Origin: Prevotellaceae bacterium UBA1716
GTDB lineage: Bacteria > Bacteroidota > Bacteroidia > Bacteroidales > Bacteroidaceae
Length of the DNA: 64,000 nt
Assembly: GCA_002317225.1 (NCBI GenBank)
Contig: DCIW01000195.1
Location: forward strand, 1,475-65,474
Direction of reading: 5' to 3'
The notes under the pieces were generated by a model that was not told where the DNA came from, made no database searches, and saw nothing but the letters and a program-made list of their open reading frames with translations. Numbering within the stretch: position 1 is the first letter of the stretch; the number at the start of each line of letters is the position of its first letter. Shown one piece after another: positions 19,554-28,751 of the stretch. The position numbers and the translations under genes are program-made.

Positions 19554-21419
19554 TTACTCTACAGTTACGGACTTGGCAAGGTTGCGGGGCTGGTCGACAT
19601 TGAGACCGCGGGCAACGGCGATGTGGTAGGAGAGGAGTTGGAGAGGGATGACGCTGAGGAGAGGGGCAAGGCAGGAGAGGGTGGATGGAACTTCAATGAA
19701 GTCGGTGACCATGTTCTTGACTTGCTCGTCACCTTCTTCGATGATGGCAAGGATGCGACCATGACGGGAGATGACCTCCTGGAGGTTGCTGATGACCTTT
19801 TGGTAGCGTCGGTGATGGTTGGTAAGGAAAACTACTGGCATCTCTTCGTCGATAAGGGCGATTGGACCGTGTTTCATTTCGGCTGCTGGGTAGCCTTCGG
19901 CGTGGATGTAGGAGATTTCCTTGAGTTTGAGGGCTCCTTCGAGGGCTACTGGGTAGTTGTAACCACGACCGAGATAGAGGAAGTTCTTGGCGTATGTAAA
20001 GATGGACGCAAGGTTCTTTATCTTGTCGTTCTGGAGGAGAATCTTTTCGATTTTCGTTGGGATGAGTTGGAGTTCACGTATTGTTGCTTCGTACTCGTCC
20101 TGTTCGACTGTGCCTTTGATCATGCCAAGGGCAAGTGCGAGCATGGTGAGGACAGTAACCTGACCAGTGAATGCTTTGGTTGATGCAACACCGATTTCTG
20201 GTCCAACGTGGATATATGTTCCTGTATCGGATTCGCGTGCTATTGATGAACCGACTCCATTCACAATACCATAGACAAGGGCACCTTGTTGTTTGGCAAG
20301 TTGGATGGCTGCAAGGGTATCGGCAGTCTCTCCACTTTGGGAAATCGGGATGATGACATCGTCATGTTCTATGACTGGTTCTGAGTAGCGGAATTCGGAT
20401 GCGTATGCCACTTCTACAGGTATGCGGCAAAAGTGTTCAATAAGCTGTTTGCCAATGAGTCCAGCATGCCAAGATGTACCACATGAAACGATAACTATGC
20501 GGCGAGCACGGAGAAGTTGGCGACGATTATTGGTAACGGCACTAAGGATGACCTGTGGTGCATGACTATATGGAGATTCAACAACACGACCACGCATACA
20601 GTCCTTGAGGACGTTTGGTTGGTCGAAAATCTCCTTGAGCATAAAGTGTGGATAACCCTCATGGTCGAGCATGGAGAGGTCAAGATCCACTTCTTTTACT
20701 TCTGTGTCGGCTTCTGTGCCTTTGAGATTATATACTTTGAGGGGGTGGTTGCGTTGGATAATGGCAACTTCCTCATCTTTAAGATATACGATTTGATTGG
20801 TATACTCAACGATAGGAGAGGCGTCGGAAGCAAGGAAGAACTCGCTGTTATCCTCGACTACACCTACTGCGAGAGGAGATGACTTTCGTGCTGCAACAAG
20901 TTGATCAGGATGACGCTTGTCGATAACAGCAATAGCGTATGCTCCTACTACAAGACGGAGAGCATTACGGACGGCATTTCCGAGACCACATCCAAGTTTG
21001 TTTTGAGTATATTCGATAAGTTGGACGAGGACTTCAGTGTCTGTTTCGCTATGGAAGGTGAAACCTCGTTTCTTGAGTTGTTCACGAAGGGTTACGTAGT
21101 TTTCAATGATGCCGTTATGAACAAGGGTGATATTACCAGACTCAGAAATATGTGGGTGAGCATTAACTTCGGAAGGGATGCCGTGAGTTGCCCAACGAGT
21201 ATGAGCAATACCGAGGGTGCCTGTGGTATCTTTTTCGTTTGCTGTTGCTTCGAGATCGGAAACTTTGCCTTTGGCTTTATAAACGTGAAGATTGTTGTCT
21301 TCGTCGGAGATAAGGGCACAACCTGCTGAGTCATATCCGCGATATTCAAGGCGATGGAGACCTTTCATAAGGATTGGATAGGAGCGTTTAGTGCCGATGT
21401 AACCTACTATGCCACACAT
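19554..21419 (-). CDS. glmS: Glutamine--fructose-6-phosphate aminotransferase
   Basis: 621 aa. It has the MCGIVGYIG N-terminal nucleophile, two SIS domains and the canonical C-terminal KSVTVE. Confidence 0.95.
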   Translation of the reverse strand: MCGIVGYIGTKRSYPILMKGLHRLEYRGYDSAGCALISDEDNNLHVYKAKGKVSDLEATANEKDTTGTLGIAHTRWATHGIPSEVNAHPHISESGNITLVHNGIIENYVTLREQLKKRGFTFHSETDTEVLVQLIEYTQNKLGCGLGNAVRNALRLVVGAYAIAVIDKRHPDQLVAARKSSPLAVGVVEDNSEFFLASDASPIVEYTNQIVYLKDEEVAIIQRNHPLKVYNLKGTEADTEVKEVDLDLSMLDHEGYPHFMLKEIFDQPNVLKDCMRGRVVESPYSHAPQVILSAVTNNRRQLLRARRIVIVSCGTSWHAGLIGKQLIEHFCRIPVEVAYASEFRYSEPVIEHDDVIIPISQSGETADTLAAIQLAKQQGALVYGIVNGVGSSIARESDTGTYIHVGPEIGVASTKAFTGQVTVLTMLALALGMIKGTVEQDEYEATIRELQLIPTKIEKILLQNDKIKNLASIFTYAKNFLYLGRGYNYPVALEGALKLKEISYIHAEGYPAAEMKHGPIALIDEEMPVVFLTNHHRRYQKVISNLQEVISRHGRILAIIEEGDEQVKNMVTDFIEVPSTLSCLAPLLSVIPLQLLSYHIAVARGLNVDQPRNLAKSVTVE

Positions 21420-21527
21420 GGTTGGATGGGGTGTTTTATGTTTTGTTGTTTGTTGATATATTGATGCCTTGGAAAGGCGTGGAAGTTCGACGGGGAAAGG
21501 GGGAGGAAAAGTCGGAGGGAGGGGGGG

Positions 21528-22955
21528 TTAGTCGCGGCGGAAGATGTCGCGAGTGTAGACCTTGTCCTCGACATCGGAGAGGCAGTCGTCGAAGCGGTTG
21601 GCGATGATGGCGTGACTCTTCTGCTTGAATTCTTCGAGATTGTTGATTACTCGGGAGCCAAAGAAGGTTGTGCCATCTTCGAGAGTTGGCTCGTAGATGA
21701 TGACTTCAGCACCTTTCGCCTTGATTCGTTTCATGATGCCCTGGATAGCGGACTGGCGGAAGTTGTCGGAGTTGGACTTCATCGTGAGACGATAAACACC
21801 GATAGTTGGGGTTTGTTCTGAAGAATTTGCACCTACATGACCATATTGGTTGTTTTGCGAGTAAGCATACCAGCCTGCTTTACGAAGGACAGCATCAGCA
21901 ATATAGTCCTTACGAGTACGATTGGACTCGACGATGGCTGACATCATGTTTTGTGGAACGTCCTGATAGTTGGCAAGGAGTTGCTTCGTATCTTTAGGGA
22001 GACAATAGCCACCATAGCCAAATGATGGGTTGTTATAATGGCTGCCAATACGTGGGTCAAGACCAACACCCGAGATGATGGCTTGTGTGTCAAGACCTTT
22101 GACTTCGGCATAGGTGTCAAGTTCGTTGAAGTAAGATACGCGAAGGGCAAGATATGTATTGGCGAAGAGTTTGACGGCTTCTGCTTCTTTCATGCCCATG
22201 AGGAGAACACGTGGTTGCTCTTCCAAAATTGGAAGAGAACAAGATGGGTTGAGTTCTTCGGATATTGCAGAACCTTCGATGAGGAGAGACGCAAATATAC
22301 GAGCAAACTCTTCGGCTTGTGGATTGCCAATAGCAGTGATGGCAGCATTTTCATCGGTGAAGTTCTTTTCATCAATCTCGATAAGCTTTGGGTAACCTAC
22401 GATGATACGAGATGGGTAGAGGTTATCGTAAAGGGCTTTGCTCTCACGAAGGAACTCTGGCGAGAAAAGGAGATTGAATTTCTTACCTTTGAGTTCGGGT
22501 TTATAAAGGAACTGAAGTGCGTACTTGACATAGAGAGAACGGCAATATCCTACAGGGATGGTACTTTTGATCACCATGACTGCCTCTGGATTGACTGAGA
22601 GAACAAGGTCGATAACCTCTTCTACATGAGAGGTGTCGAAGTAGTTCTTGACTGAGTCATAGTTGGTAGGAGCAGCGATGATAACATAGTCTGCATCCTT
22701 ATAGGCCAATAATCCGTCAGTTGTGGCAGAAAGTCCTGAAGAATCAGTATCGTTTGATGGACAAAGTACGTTTGGGAGATATTGCTCAATGTATTCGTCT
22801 TGGATTGGCGAGATGCCTTTATTGATTTTATCAACTTTTTCGGGGATGATATCAACTGCAGTTACATTATGATGCTGTGCAAGAAGAGTGGCTATTGATA
22901 AGCCAACATATCCTGTACCGGCAACAGCGATTTTGAGATCGGCGAATTTTCGCAT
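21528..22955 (-). CDS. ugd: UDP-glucose 6-dehydrogenase
   Basis: 475 aa with a Rossmann fold ([18 protein letters not shown]) and the catalytic region [10 protein letters not shown]-like ([15 protein letters not shown]). Confidence 0.9.
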   Translation of the reverse strand: MRKFADLKIAVAGTGYVGLSIATLLAQHHNVTAVDIIPEKVDKINKGISPIQDEYIEQYLPNVLCPSNDTDSSGLSATTDGLLAYKDADYVIIAAPTNYDSVKNYFDTSHVEEVIDLVLSVNPEAVMVIKSTIPVGYCRSLYVKYALQFLYKPELKGKKFNLLFSPEFLRESKALYDNLYPSRIIVGYPKLIEIDEKNFTDENAAITAIGNPQAEEFARIFASLLIEGSAISEELNPSCSLPILEEQPRVLLMGMKEAEAVKLFANTYLALRVSYFNELDTYAEVKGLDTQAIISGVGLDPRIGSHYNNPSFGYGGYCLPKDTKQLLANYQDVPQNMMSAIVESNRTRKDYIADAVLRKAGWYAYSQNNQYGHVGANSSEQTPTIGVYRLTMKSNSDNFRQSAIQGIMKRIKAKGAEVIIYEPTLEDGTTFFGSRVINNLEEFKQKSHAIIANRFDDCLSDVEDKVYTRDIFRRD

Positions 22956-23130
22956 AAAAAAGGAGTTTTTTAAGTGGTTGTTGATACTGAAGATACACTA
23001 CTAATTTATAAGTTATGGTATAGCTATCGCTACCGCACTATTAGTGTAGTAAATTATAAATCAACGAGTTAAATTCAATTCTATACAAAATATTTGTAGT
23101 AAAGTCTCTACGTGAGACCCTAATACGTTG

Positions 23131-23138
23131 CAAAGGTA
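23131..23138 (-). promoter_or_regulatory. Candidate -7 box (TACCTTTG) upstream of ugd
   Basis: TAnnTTTG match on the minus strand, inside the 262 nt gtrA-ugd spacer. Confidence 0.25.
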
Positions 23139-23217
23139 GTGAAAAAAAATGATATGTCAACCAGATTTGCAAGAGTTTTTTATATAAAAAAAGGATGTGT
23201 AACTTTGATACACCCTC

Positions 23218-23613
23218 TTATTTTTTATTGAAGAAAAAGCGAATGAGAAAAAAGTTGACAGGAATAACAACCATATAAACCGGAATTGGTGCTAAAGCCT
23301 TTGGTATCCCCAAAAACAGCACAACATTGAGAAGTAGCATGTGCAGGCAATAATTCACAAAATGACTCAAGGCAAACCCCATCCCCCTTTTTGCATTCGG
23401 ATTGGTCTTAAAAGTGAAGTAATTGGTCAACAGAAAGTTAACGACAAAACTCAGAACATATCCTATGGTATAAGATATATTCACTTCGATCCACTGACTA
23501 AAAAGGAGATACAATCCATAATGAATGCCAGTAGCAATGACACCCACTATACAAAAACGAATAAACTCACGCACTTTCTCTGATGAGCATAATTTGGTTA
23601 TTTTATCAATCAT
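23218..23613 (-). CDS. GtrA-family membrane protein
   Basis: 131 aa, 4 TM helices, with the FIRFCIVGVIATGIHYGLY signature of GtrA-like proteins. Confidence 0.8.
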   Translation of the reverse strand: MIDKITKLCSSEKVREFIRFCIVGVIATGIHYGLYLLFSQWIEVNISYTIGYVLSFVVNFLLTNYFTFKTNPNAKRGMGFALSHFVNYCLHMLLLNVVLFLGIPKALAPIPVYMVVIPVNFFLIRFFFNKK

Positions 23614-23634
23614 ATGAATTGAGTTATGGAATCA

Positions 23635-25101
23635 CTAATCAATAGATATTACTTTTGTGTAAGTTTTGCCGTTAGTTACAACTTGATAATAATTGCCAGA
23701 CTTTGACTGGAAAATATTACTATTCGGGTGTGAAATACTTTTCTTCAAATTAAGAATAGGCAAATCAATCACTTTTGTCAATTTCACATCTTTCACATCA
23801 GTTGCCGATTTCATTTTTCTCGCAAAAATAGTAGGAGAAACTTGCTTCCACTCTGGAGAGAAAGAGGAGGCTGGCGCATCTTCGTTAAGGTAGAGATGGT
23901 GGTAGATCGGAGATGGATAAGCTATGAGGTATGGTTTGTTGAAATATTTGGCAATGAGATGGTTAGAATAGAGTGTTGTATCTGACTTCAGGTCAGTAAA
24001 GTCACATGGGACGACATAGTCGGTAGTAGTGGAAAAGATTTGGAATTCATGATTGGCGATGGATTGTTTCTCAAGTGTGTTGTAGAGGAAGAAACCAAGT
24101 ACGATAAGGGAAAGAAGAGAGAAAATAAGGTAGGAACGGAGAGTGGAGAAGAATTTGATAGAAATAAGTTCGTGAGCGATGAGTGAGACCGTGAATATGT
24201 GGACGAAATAGAAGTATCGAGATTCGGGAGAACCTGAAGTTAGAGATAATGCCACGAAAAGGATTAGACCCAAAATGAGAGAGAACTGAAGTAGCATAGT
24301 GGACCTGGTAAATGACACTTCTTTTTTTCGGTTTATCCATTTGAGAATAATAAGTACTACGAGGGCACCTAAAGCAGTTAGGTTAGAAAGGAAAGAAAAG
24401 AGATGGAAATGATGTTCTGTACCTGCCATCCCAACTCTTGTGAATGTACCTGGAGTAACAAGAATGAGGACTGTACCTAAAAAATAAGGAATGACAAGAA
24501 GAATGTCAGTTCTGGTTAGGCGTGACAAATTGAAGAAGGAGAAGAAGAGCAGAGCCCCGCAGATGGGCAGAGAAGCACCTTCGTGGAGAGAGCCAATGAA
24601 GAAAGCCACAAAAGGAAGAATGATGTTGAATTTCGAGGGTATATTCTTACTATTTGAAATCAGCAAGATAAAAAGAAGGTTGAGCATACCAGGGAAGGCA
24701 TAGTTCATAAAACCACTCTTCCACATAATAGTGTCATAAATATCTGGACAGAAAAACCAGAAAATTAAGAACAAATGAGGGAATAATTTCAAAAACATAT
24801 CCTTACAAGTGAAAGTAAGGAACGTAAGAAGCATAGTAATAAAGGCAAGAATATACATTCCCCACTGAGGAACAAGATTGACAAAGGTGAACACCATGAA
24901 ATTGCAGAAAGTACGGCCGTTCACTATCTGCATGCTGTTGCGAACACCCTCAATAACTCCAGCAAAGTCCACCACCCTACTATCCGAATCGTCCATGGTG
25001 AAGGAATAGATGAAGTCGTCACCTTCCATTGGATAGAAGTATGGACAGAGAGCAACTAAAAGTGTGATAACCAAAAGGAACAAGTATTCTTTCTTTATCA
25101 T
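23635..25101 (-). CDS. Polytopic membrane protein, GT-C-fold glycosyltransferase-like (GtrC-type candidate)
   Basis: 488 aa, about 11 TM segments followed by a ~130 aa soluble C-terminus. An acidic EGDDF motif sits in the first extracytoplasmic loop, as in GT-C enzymes. It lies immediately upstream of gtrA. Confidence 0.4.
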   Translation of the reverse strand: MIKKEYLFLLVITLLVALCPYFYPMEGDDFIYSFTMDDSDSRVVDFAGVIEGVRNSMQIVNGRTFCNFMVFTFVNLVPQWGMYILAFITMLLTFLTFTCKDMFLKLFPHLFLIFWFFCPDIYDTIMWKSGFMNYAFPGMLNLLFILLISNSKNIPSKFNIILPFVAFFIGSLHEGASLPICGALLFFSFFNLSRLTRTDILLVIPYFLGTVLILVTPGTFTRVGMAGTEHHFHLFSFLSNLTALGALVVLIILKWINRKKEVSFTRSTMLLQFSLILGLILFVALSLTSGSPESRYFYFVHIFTVSLIAHELISIKFFSTLRSYLIFSLLSLIVLGFFLYNTLEKQSIANHEFQIFSTTTDYVVPCDFTDLKSDTTLYSNHLIAKYFNKPYLIAYPSPIYHHLYLNEDAPASSFSPEWKQVSPTIFARKMKSATDVKDVKLTKVIDLPILNLKKSISHPNSNIFQSKSGNYYQVVTNGKTYTKVISID

Positions 25102-25114
25102 TTTTTACAGATTG

Positions 25115-25771
25115 TTAGATTCGTTGGAAATGGGTTTCGGGCATGAGAATGACAAGTGACATTGAACCTTCGACAAGGTCTACAATCACTCGATGTTTGC
25201 CTTGGATAGTCTTAATACGGCATACTCGTCCTTTGAATGGACCATCGACAATAAGAACCTTGCGGGTATACTTGAGTTGTTGGAGTTCTTCAGCAGTAAA
25301 GACTCGTACATCTTCGTTGTATTCGTTGAGGGAGAGATAGAGACTCGCAAGGGCACGGGATGTAACCCGCATGTAGGCGTCGTGGGTTGGACGACCAAAC
25401 TCATCAACATTGGTGTCGGGATGACGGGATTTGTCGTGGACGTGAAATATTTGATAAGGATGTATCTTTTCAAATAGTTTCATCGTATCAGGATGGGCGT
25501 GAACAAAGATAATGTCATGAAAGACATAGCGCTCGCGAAAGACGCCGATGGACACTTGATGGCGATAACGCGGAGCATAAGCGGAGATGGGAGCTTCGCG
25601 TTTGTTAAAAGAATCGATGAGAGTAAGAGCCGTAGGAATGGCACGCGCTCCAAGACCTTGCTTGGGGCGCATAACATACCAGTTTCCTTCTTGGATAGAA
25701 TCGAAGAGGAAAGTGCCTTGAGGGGAGACTTGGGGCATAAGTAGGTATTCAAAATTATTTAAATATATCAT
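25115..25771 (-). CDS. NusG-paralog transcription antiterminator (UpxY/RfaH/LoaP-like)
   Basis: 218 aa ORF; alternative starts at M12 or M34 are possible. It has an NGN-like start (WYVMRPKQG..., YVFHDIIFVHA) and a C-terminal KOW motif (KVLIVDGPFKGRVCRIKTIQGKHRVIVDL). It heads a run of glycan genes. Confidence 0.6.
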   Translation of the reverse strand: MIYLNNFEYLLMPQVSPQGTFLFDSIQEGNWYVMRPKQGLGARAIPTALTLIDSFNKREAPISAYAPRYRHQVSIGVFRERYVFHDIIFVHAHPDTMKLFEKIHPYQIFHVHDKSRHPDTNVDEFGRPTHDAYMRVTSRALASLYLSLNEYNEDVRVFTAEELQQLKYTRKVLIVDGPFKGRVCRIKTIQGKHRVIVDLVEGSMSLVILMPETHFQRI

Positions 25772-25892
25772 TGTGGGTGTTTTTTCATATTTTATTCATC
25801 TCTTTGGCGCACCTTTCGACTTCATTATCAGTCACTATGCCCGCATAGCTCCTTCAAATGAAGAACGAAATCTGCATCCAAATAGATTGAAT

Positions 25893-25900
25893 CAAATATA
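25893..25900 (-). promoter_or_regulatory. Candidate -7 box (TATATTTG) upstream of the NusG-like gene
   Basis: TAnnTTTG match on the minus strand, about 120 nt upstream of the ORF start. No convincing -33 element is present. Confidence 0.25.
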
Positions 25901-25933
25901 AAAATAATTATGAACACCTACTTAATATGAGGC

Positions 25934-25948
25934 GGAGATAGTATCTCC
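25934..25948. repeat. Perfect 15 bp palindrome GGAGATA-G-TATCTCC
   Basis: I read it directly. It lies 21 nt downstream of the deoD stop codon, in the leader region of the NusG-like gene. Confidence 0.7.
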
Positions 25949-25968
25949 AAATACGGAACGGAGAGAGA

Positions 25969-26682
25969 TTAGAGGGTGATGGCAGACTCAAGTGCAAGAC
26001 GCATCATCGTAGTGAATGAATTCTGGCGCTCTTCGGATGTGAGTTCAACATGAGAAGAGAAAGAGTCGGAAATGGTAAGAATGCAAGCTGCACGTTTGCC
26101 AAGCATGTTGGCATTGTGGAAGAGAGCAAAACTTTCCATTTCAACACATTCCGTATTAGTGCGGGATGCTATTTCCTGCCAAGTACCCTGGGAAGGATCT
26201 CCATAGAACACATCAGAAGAGTGTACACGACATAACTTACAGTCAATACCGAGTTCCTGTGCAGTCGAAAGAATATGAGCATTCACTTCTGGGGATGGGA
26301 GAATTGTCTTGTCAGGATATCCACCTTGAATTAGAGCATAAGACGAATCGCTATATGCTACTTCTGCAAGAACTACATCCATCACATTAAGACGATCGGT
26401 ATAGCTTCCGGCAGACCCGATACGGATAATGTTTTCTACACCATAGAAATTGTAAAGCTCATATGAATATATACCTATAGAAGGCATACCCATACCAGAT
26501 GCCATAACTGTAACTGGCACACCTTTGTATGTACCTGTATATCCGTAGACATTGCGAACAGAAGTCACGAGTTGTGGATCTGTGAGAAATGTCTCGGAAA
26601 TGAATTTCGCACGTAGAGGATCGCCTGGCATTAGGACGGTCTTGGCAAATGCACCTTGAGGAGCAGATATGTGTGGAGTCAT
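25969..26682 (-). CDS. deoD: Purine nucleoside phosphorylase, DeoD type
   Basis: 237 aa with MTPHISA...VLMPGDPLRAKFI and GMGMPSIGIYSYEL motifs. Confidence 0.9.
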   Translation of the reverse strand: MTPHISAPQGAFAKTVLMPGDPLRAKFISETFLTDPQLVTSVRNVYGYTGTYKGVPVTVMASGMGMPSIGIYSYELYNFYGVENIIRIGSAGSYTDRLNVMDVVLAEVAYSDSSYALIQGGYPDKTILPSPEVNAHILSTAQELGIDCKLCRVHSSDVFYGDPSQGTWQEIASRTNTECVEMESFALFHNANMLGKRAACILTISDSFSSHVELTSEERQNSFTTMMRLALESAITL

Positions 26683-26801
26683 GATGGTTGATTTTTTGAG
26701 TGTTGTTGGATAGACTCTACGTTAGAAACGGAGAGGGAGAGAACAGGGAACGAGATTAGGGGGCAAACACGAACCTAAGGATGGATGCTGTGAAGAGACC
26801 T

Positions 26802-27146
26802 TTATTTCTTGAGTCCTTCGAGAATTCCCTTGATTTCGGATGATATACCGATGATCTGGCCTGCAGCGTTTGTCACGACACCTTTGGCAAAATACTTGAC
26901 ACACTGACCTTTGAGTTCACCGATTTCCTGGCGTTCTGCAGCAGAATAATCGTACTTGGAAAGGCGGTCCTGAATCTTTTCGAATTCGTTTTTGACCTTC
27001 TTCCAGTCAGAGATGGTATATTCCGAACCATAGTTTCTGATATCACTTGTTAGGGCGCGAAGATCAGAGATAGCCGATGTTCTTGTGGAGCAAGAGCTGA
27101 GAAGGAGAGCAAGGGCAGATATTGATATGATAAATGCTTTTTTCAT
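26802..27146 (-). CDS. Small lipoprotein of unknown function
   Basis: 114 aa with a signal peptide and lipobox-like LLLSSC. Confidence 0.5.
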   Translation of the reverse strand: MKKAFIISISALALLLSSCSTRTSAISDLRALTSDIRNYGSEYTISDWKKVKNEFEKIQDRLSKYDYSAAERQEIGELKGQCVKYFAKGVVTNAAGQIIGISSEIKGILEGLKK

Positions 27147-27164
27147 GATTGCGTATGTTTATGG

Positions 27165-27181
27165 CCAGAGATAATCTCTGG
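27165..27181. repeat. Perfect 17 bp palindrome CCAGAGAT-A-ATCTCTGG
   Basis: I read it directly. It lies 19-35 nt upstream of the lipoprotein ATG and 26 nt after the peptidase stop codon. Confidence 0.7.
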
Positions 27182-27206
27182 GGAATATGGACGGGAAATA
27201 AGGGGG

Positions 27207-28067
27207 CTAGAGAGAGCTGTAGGAGCCGGTGAAGGTGTCAGCTACGTTGAGATCACCTGTCGAGAGACCACGCTTAAGCCACTTCATACGCTGCTGGGAT
27301 GTACCATGGTTGAAGGACTCAGGTACAGTGTAGCCCTGTGCTTTCTTCTGGAGATAGTCGTCACCAATCTTAGAAGCGGCATTGATAGCCTCTTCGATAT
27401 CACCTTCTTCGAGAGAACCAAACTGCTCGTTATCGTGGTATGCCCAAATACCAGCATAGCAGTCAGCCTGGAGTTCAAGACGAACACTAATCTGGTTTGC
27501 TTCCTTTTCAGAAACCTGAGACATCTGCTGATGTGCCCTACCAAGAGTGCCAAGGAGATACTGGACATGATGACCTACTTCGTGAGCGATGACATATGCA
27601 TAGGCAAAGTCGCCATCAGCACCAAGCTGGGCCTTCATATTTGTAAAGAAAGAAAGGTCGATATATACACTTTGGTCAGCAGAGCAATAGAAAGGACCGG
27701 AACTTGACGAAGCACCGCCGCAACCAGACTGAACCGAGCCACTGAAGAGGACGAGCTTTGGAGGTTCATAAGTCTTGCCTAACTTTCTGAACTCTTCAGT
27801 CCATACATCTTCTGTTCCTGCAAGAACCTGACTTGCGAAATGAGCAAGTTCCTTTTCTTCTTCGGTTGGAACATATTCACCAGCTTCGGTTGTTGTGGAC
27901 TGGTTAAGACCTGTGCTTACCATAGCTTCAAATGGGTTTCCACCAGAAATCCATGCAATTAAACCAGCAATAAGGATGGCACCAATACCACCACCAAGTT
28001 TGAGTCCGCCACCTGAACCTCGGCGGTCTTCTACGTTAGAGCTTTCGCGTCTTCCTGTAAGTTTCAT
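27207..28067 (-). CDS. Neutral zinc metallopeptidase family protein (YpfJ-like)
   Basis: 286 aa. It has an N-terminal RRESSNVEDRRG, a TM/Gly-rich segment and the HEVGHHVQ zinc motif, as in YpfJ-type peptidases. Confidence 0.8.
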   Translation of the reverse strand: MKLTGRRESSNVEDRRGSGGGLKLGGGIGAILIAGLIAWISGGNPFEAMVSTGLNQSTTTEAGEYVPTEEEKELAHFASQVLAGTEDVWTEEFRKLGKTYEPPKLVLFSGSVQSGCGGASSSSGPFYCSADQSVYIDLSFFTNMKAQLGADGDFAYAYVIAHEVGHHVQYLLGTLGRAHQQMSQVSEKEANQISVRLELQADCYAGIWAYHDNEQFGSLEEGDIEEAINAASKIGDDYLQKKAQGYTVPESFNHGTSQQRMKWLKRGLSTGDLNVADTFTGSYSSL

Positions 28068-28120
28068 ATTTGTTGAGATTTGTTATTATTAGATTAATTG
28101 GTGCAAAGATAGTATTTTTA

Positions 28121-28236
28121 GAGTAAAAGGAAAACAAAAAAGGGAAAAAATCGATAAAAAAGAAAAGGAAAAGAAGAAAACGGGGGTAAAGAAGGGGGAA
28201 AAGATGCAGAAGACGACGAGTAAAAAAAAGAAAAAA
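28121..28236. repeat. Polypurine/polypyrimidine tract (~116 nt, about 90% purine on the + strand by my count)
   Basis: gagtaaaaggaaaacaaaaaagggaaaaaa...gggggtaaagaagggggaaaag...taaaaaaaagaaaaaa lies between the rplS terminator and the metallopeptidase start. Confidence 0.7.
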
Positions 28237-28269
28237 CATCCGGACTGTCGTGATGGACAGAGCGGATGT
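28222..28269 (-). terminator. Intrinsic terminator after rplS
   Basis: ACATCCG (28236-28242) pairs with CGGATGT (28263-28269), with an inner CTGTC/GACAG stem. On the minus strand a long T-run follows. Confidence 0.7.
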
Positions 28270-28297
28270 TTTTATTGTGAGGTAGGAAGAGAGGGAA

Positions 28298-28669
28298 TTA
28301 AGCCTCCTTCTTGCCTGAAAGCTTTTCCTTGATACGAGCCTTCTTACCTGTGAGCTTGCGGAGGTAATAGAGCTTAGCGCGACGAACCTTACCTACCTTG
28401 TTCACTTCGATAGATTCGATGTTTGGAGACTCGATTGGGAAGATACGCTCAACACCAACTGTACCAGACATCTTACGAACAGTGAAACGCTTCTTTGTGC
28501 CCTCACCAGAAATCTTGATGCAAACACCACGGTAAAGCTGAATACGCTCCTTAGAGCCTTCAATAATCTTGTAAGCAACTGTGATAGTATCACCTGCCTT
28601 GAATGCTGGGTGCTGCTTGCCTGTAGCAAAAGCTTCCTCAGCGACTTTCATTAAGTCAATCTTTGCCAT
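28298..28669 (-). CDS. rplS: 50S ribosomal protein L19
   Basis: Conserved L19 sequence starts at [12 protein letters not shown]... (internal ATG at 28669). The 35 codons the ORF track adds upstream look non-coding and contain a promoter-like box. Confidence 0.95.
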   Translation of the reverse strand: MAKIDLMKVAEEAFATGKQHPAFKAGDTITVAYKIIEGSKERIQLYRGVCIKISGEGTKKRFTVRKMSGTVGVERIFPIESPNIESIEVNKVGKVRRAKLYYLRKLTGKKARIKEKLSGKKEA

Positions 28670-28699
28670 AAATATAAAAATATTGTTTATGTAGTTAAA

Positions 28700-28742
28700 A
28701 ACGAAGCTTACCAGACAACTGTTTTCTGACAGCGGCTTCGTT
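28700..28742 (-). promoter_or_regulatory. Stem-loop in the rplS 5' leader
   Basis: AACGAAGC (28700-28707) pairs with GCTTCGTT (28735-28742), with further pairing possible in the 27 nt interior. It lies between the candidate -7 box and the start codon. Confidence 0.35.
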
Positions 28743-28751
28743 AAGCGGGTG

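Noticed and set aside
22956-23217. A possible structured RNA or long hairpin in the gtrA-ugd spacer (TACACTACTAATTTATAA ... TAGTGTAGTAAATTATAA).
   Set aside because: The two segments share words, but they are neither collinear inverted repeats nor direct repeats when aligned by hand. Only short local stems (GTCTC/GAGAC, TACAAA/TTTGTA) remain, which are unremarkable in AT-rich spacer.
25772-25968. An invertible (phase-variable) promoter upstream of the NusG-like gene, as at Bacteroides fragilis capsule loci.
   Set aside because: I found no long inverted repeats (15 bp or more) flanking the 197 nt region, only a 7 bp CTTCATT/AATGAAG pair. No site-specific recombinase gene is present in the window.
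28036-28239. A 67 aa Phe/Leu/Pro-rich ORF on the minus strand.
   Set aside because: It is simply the translation of the polypyrimidine tract. It has no plausible start context and overlaps the peptidase start and the rplS terminator.
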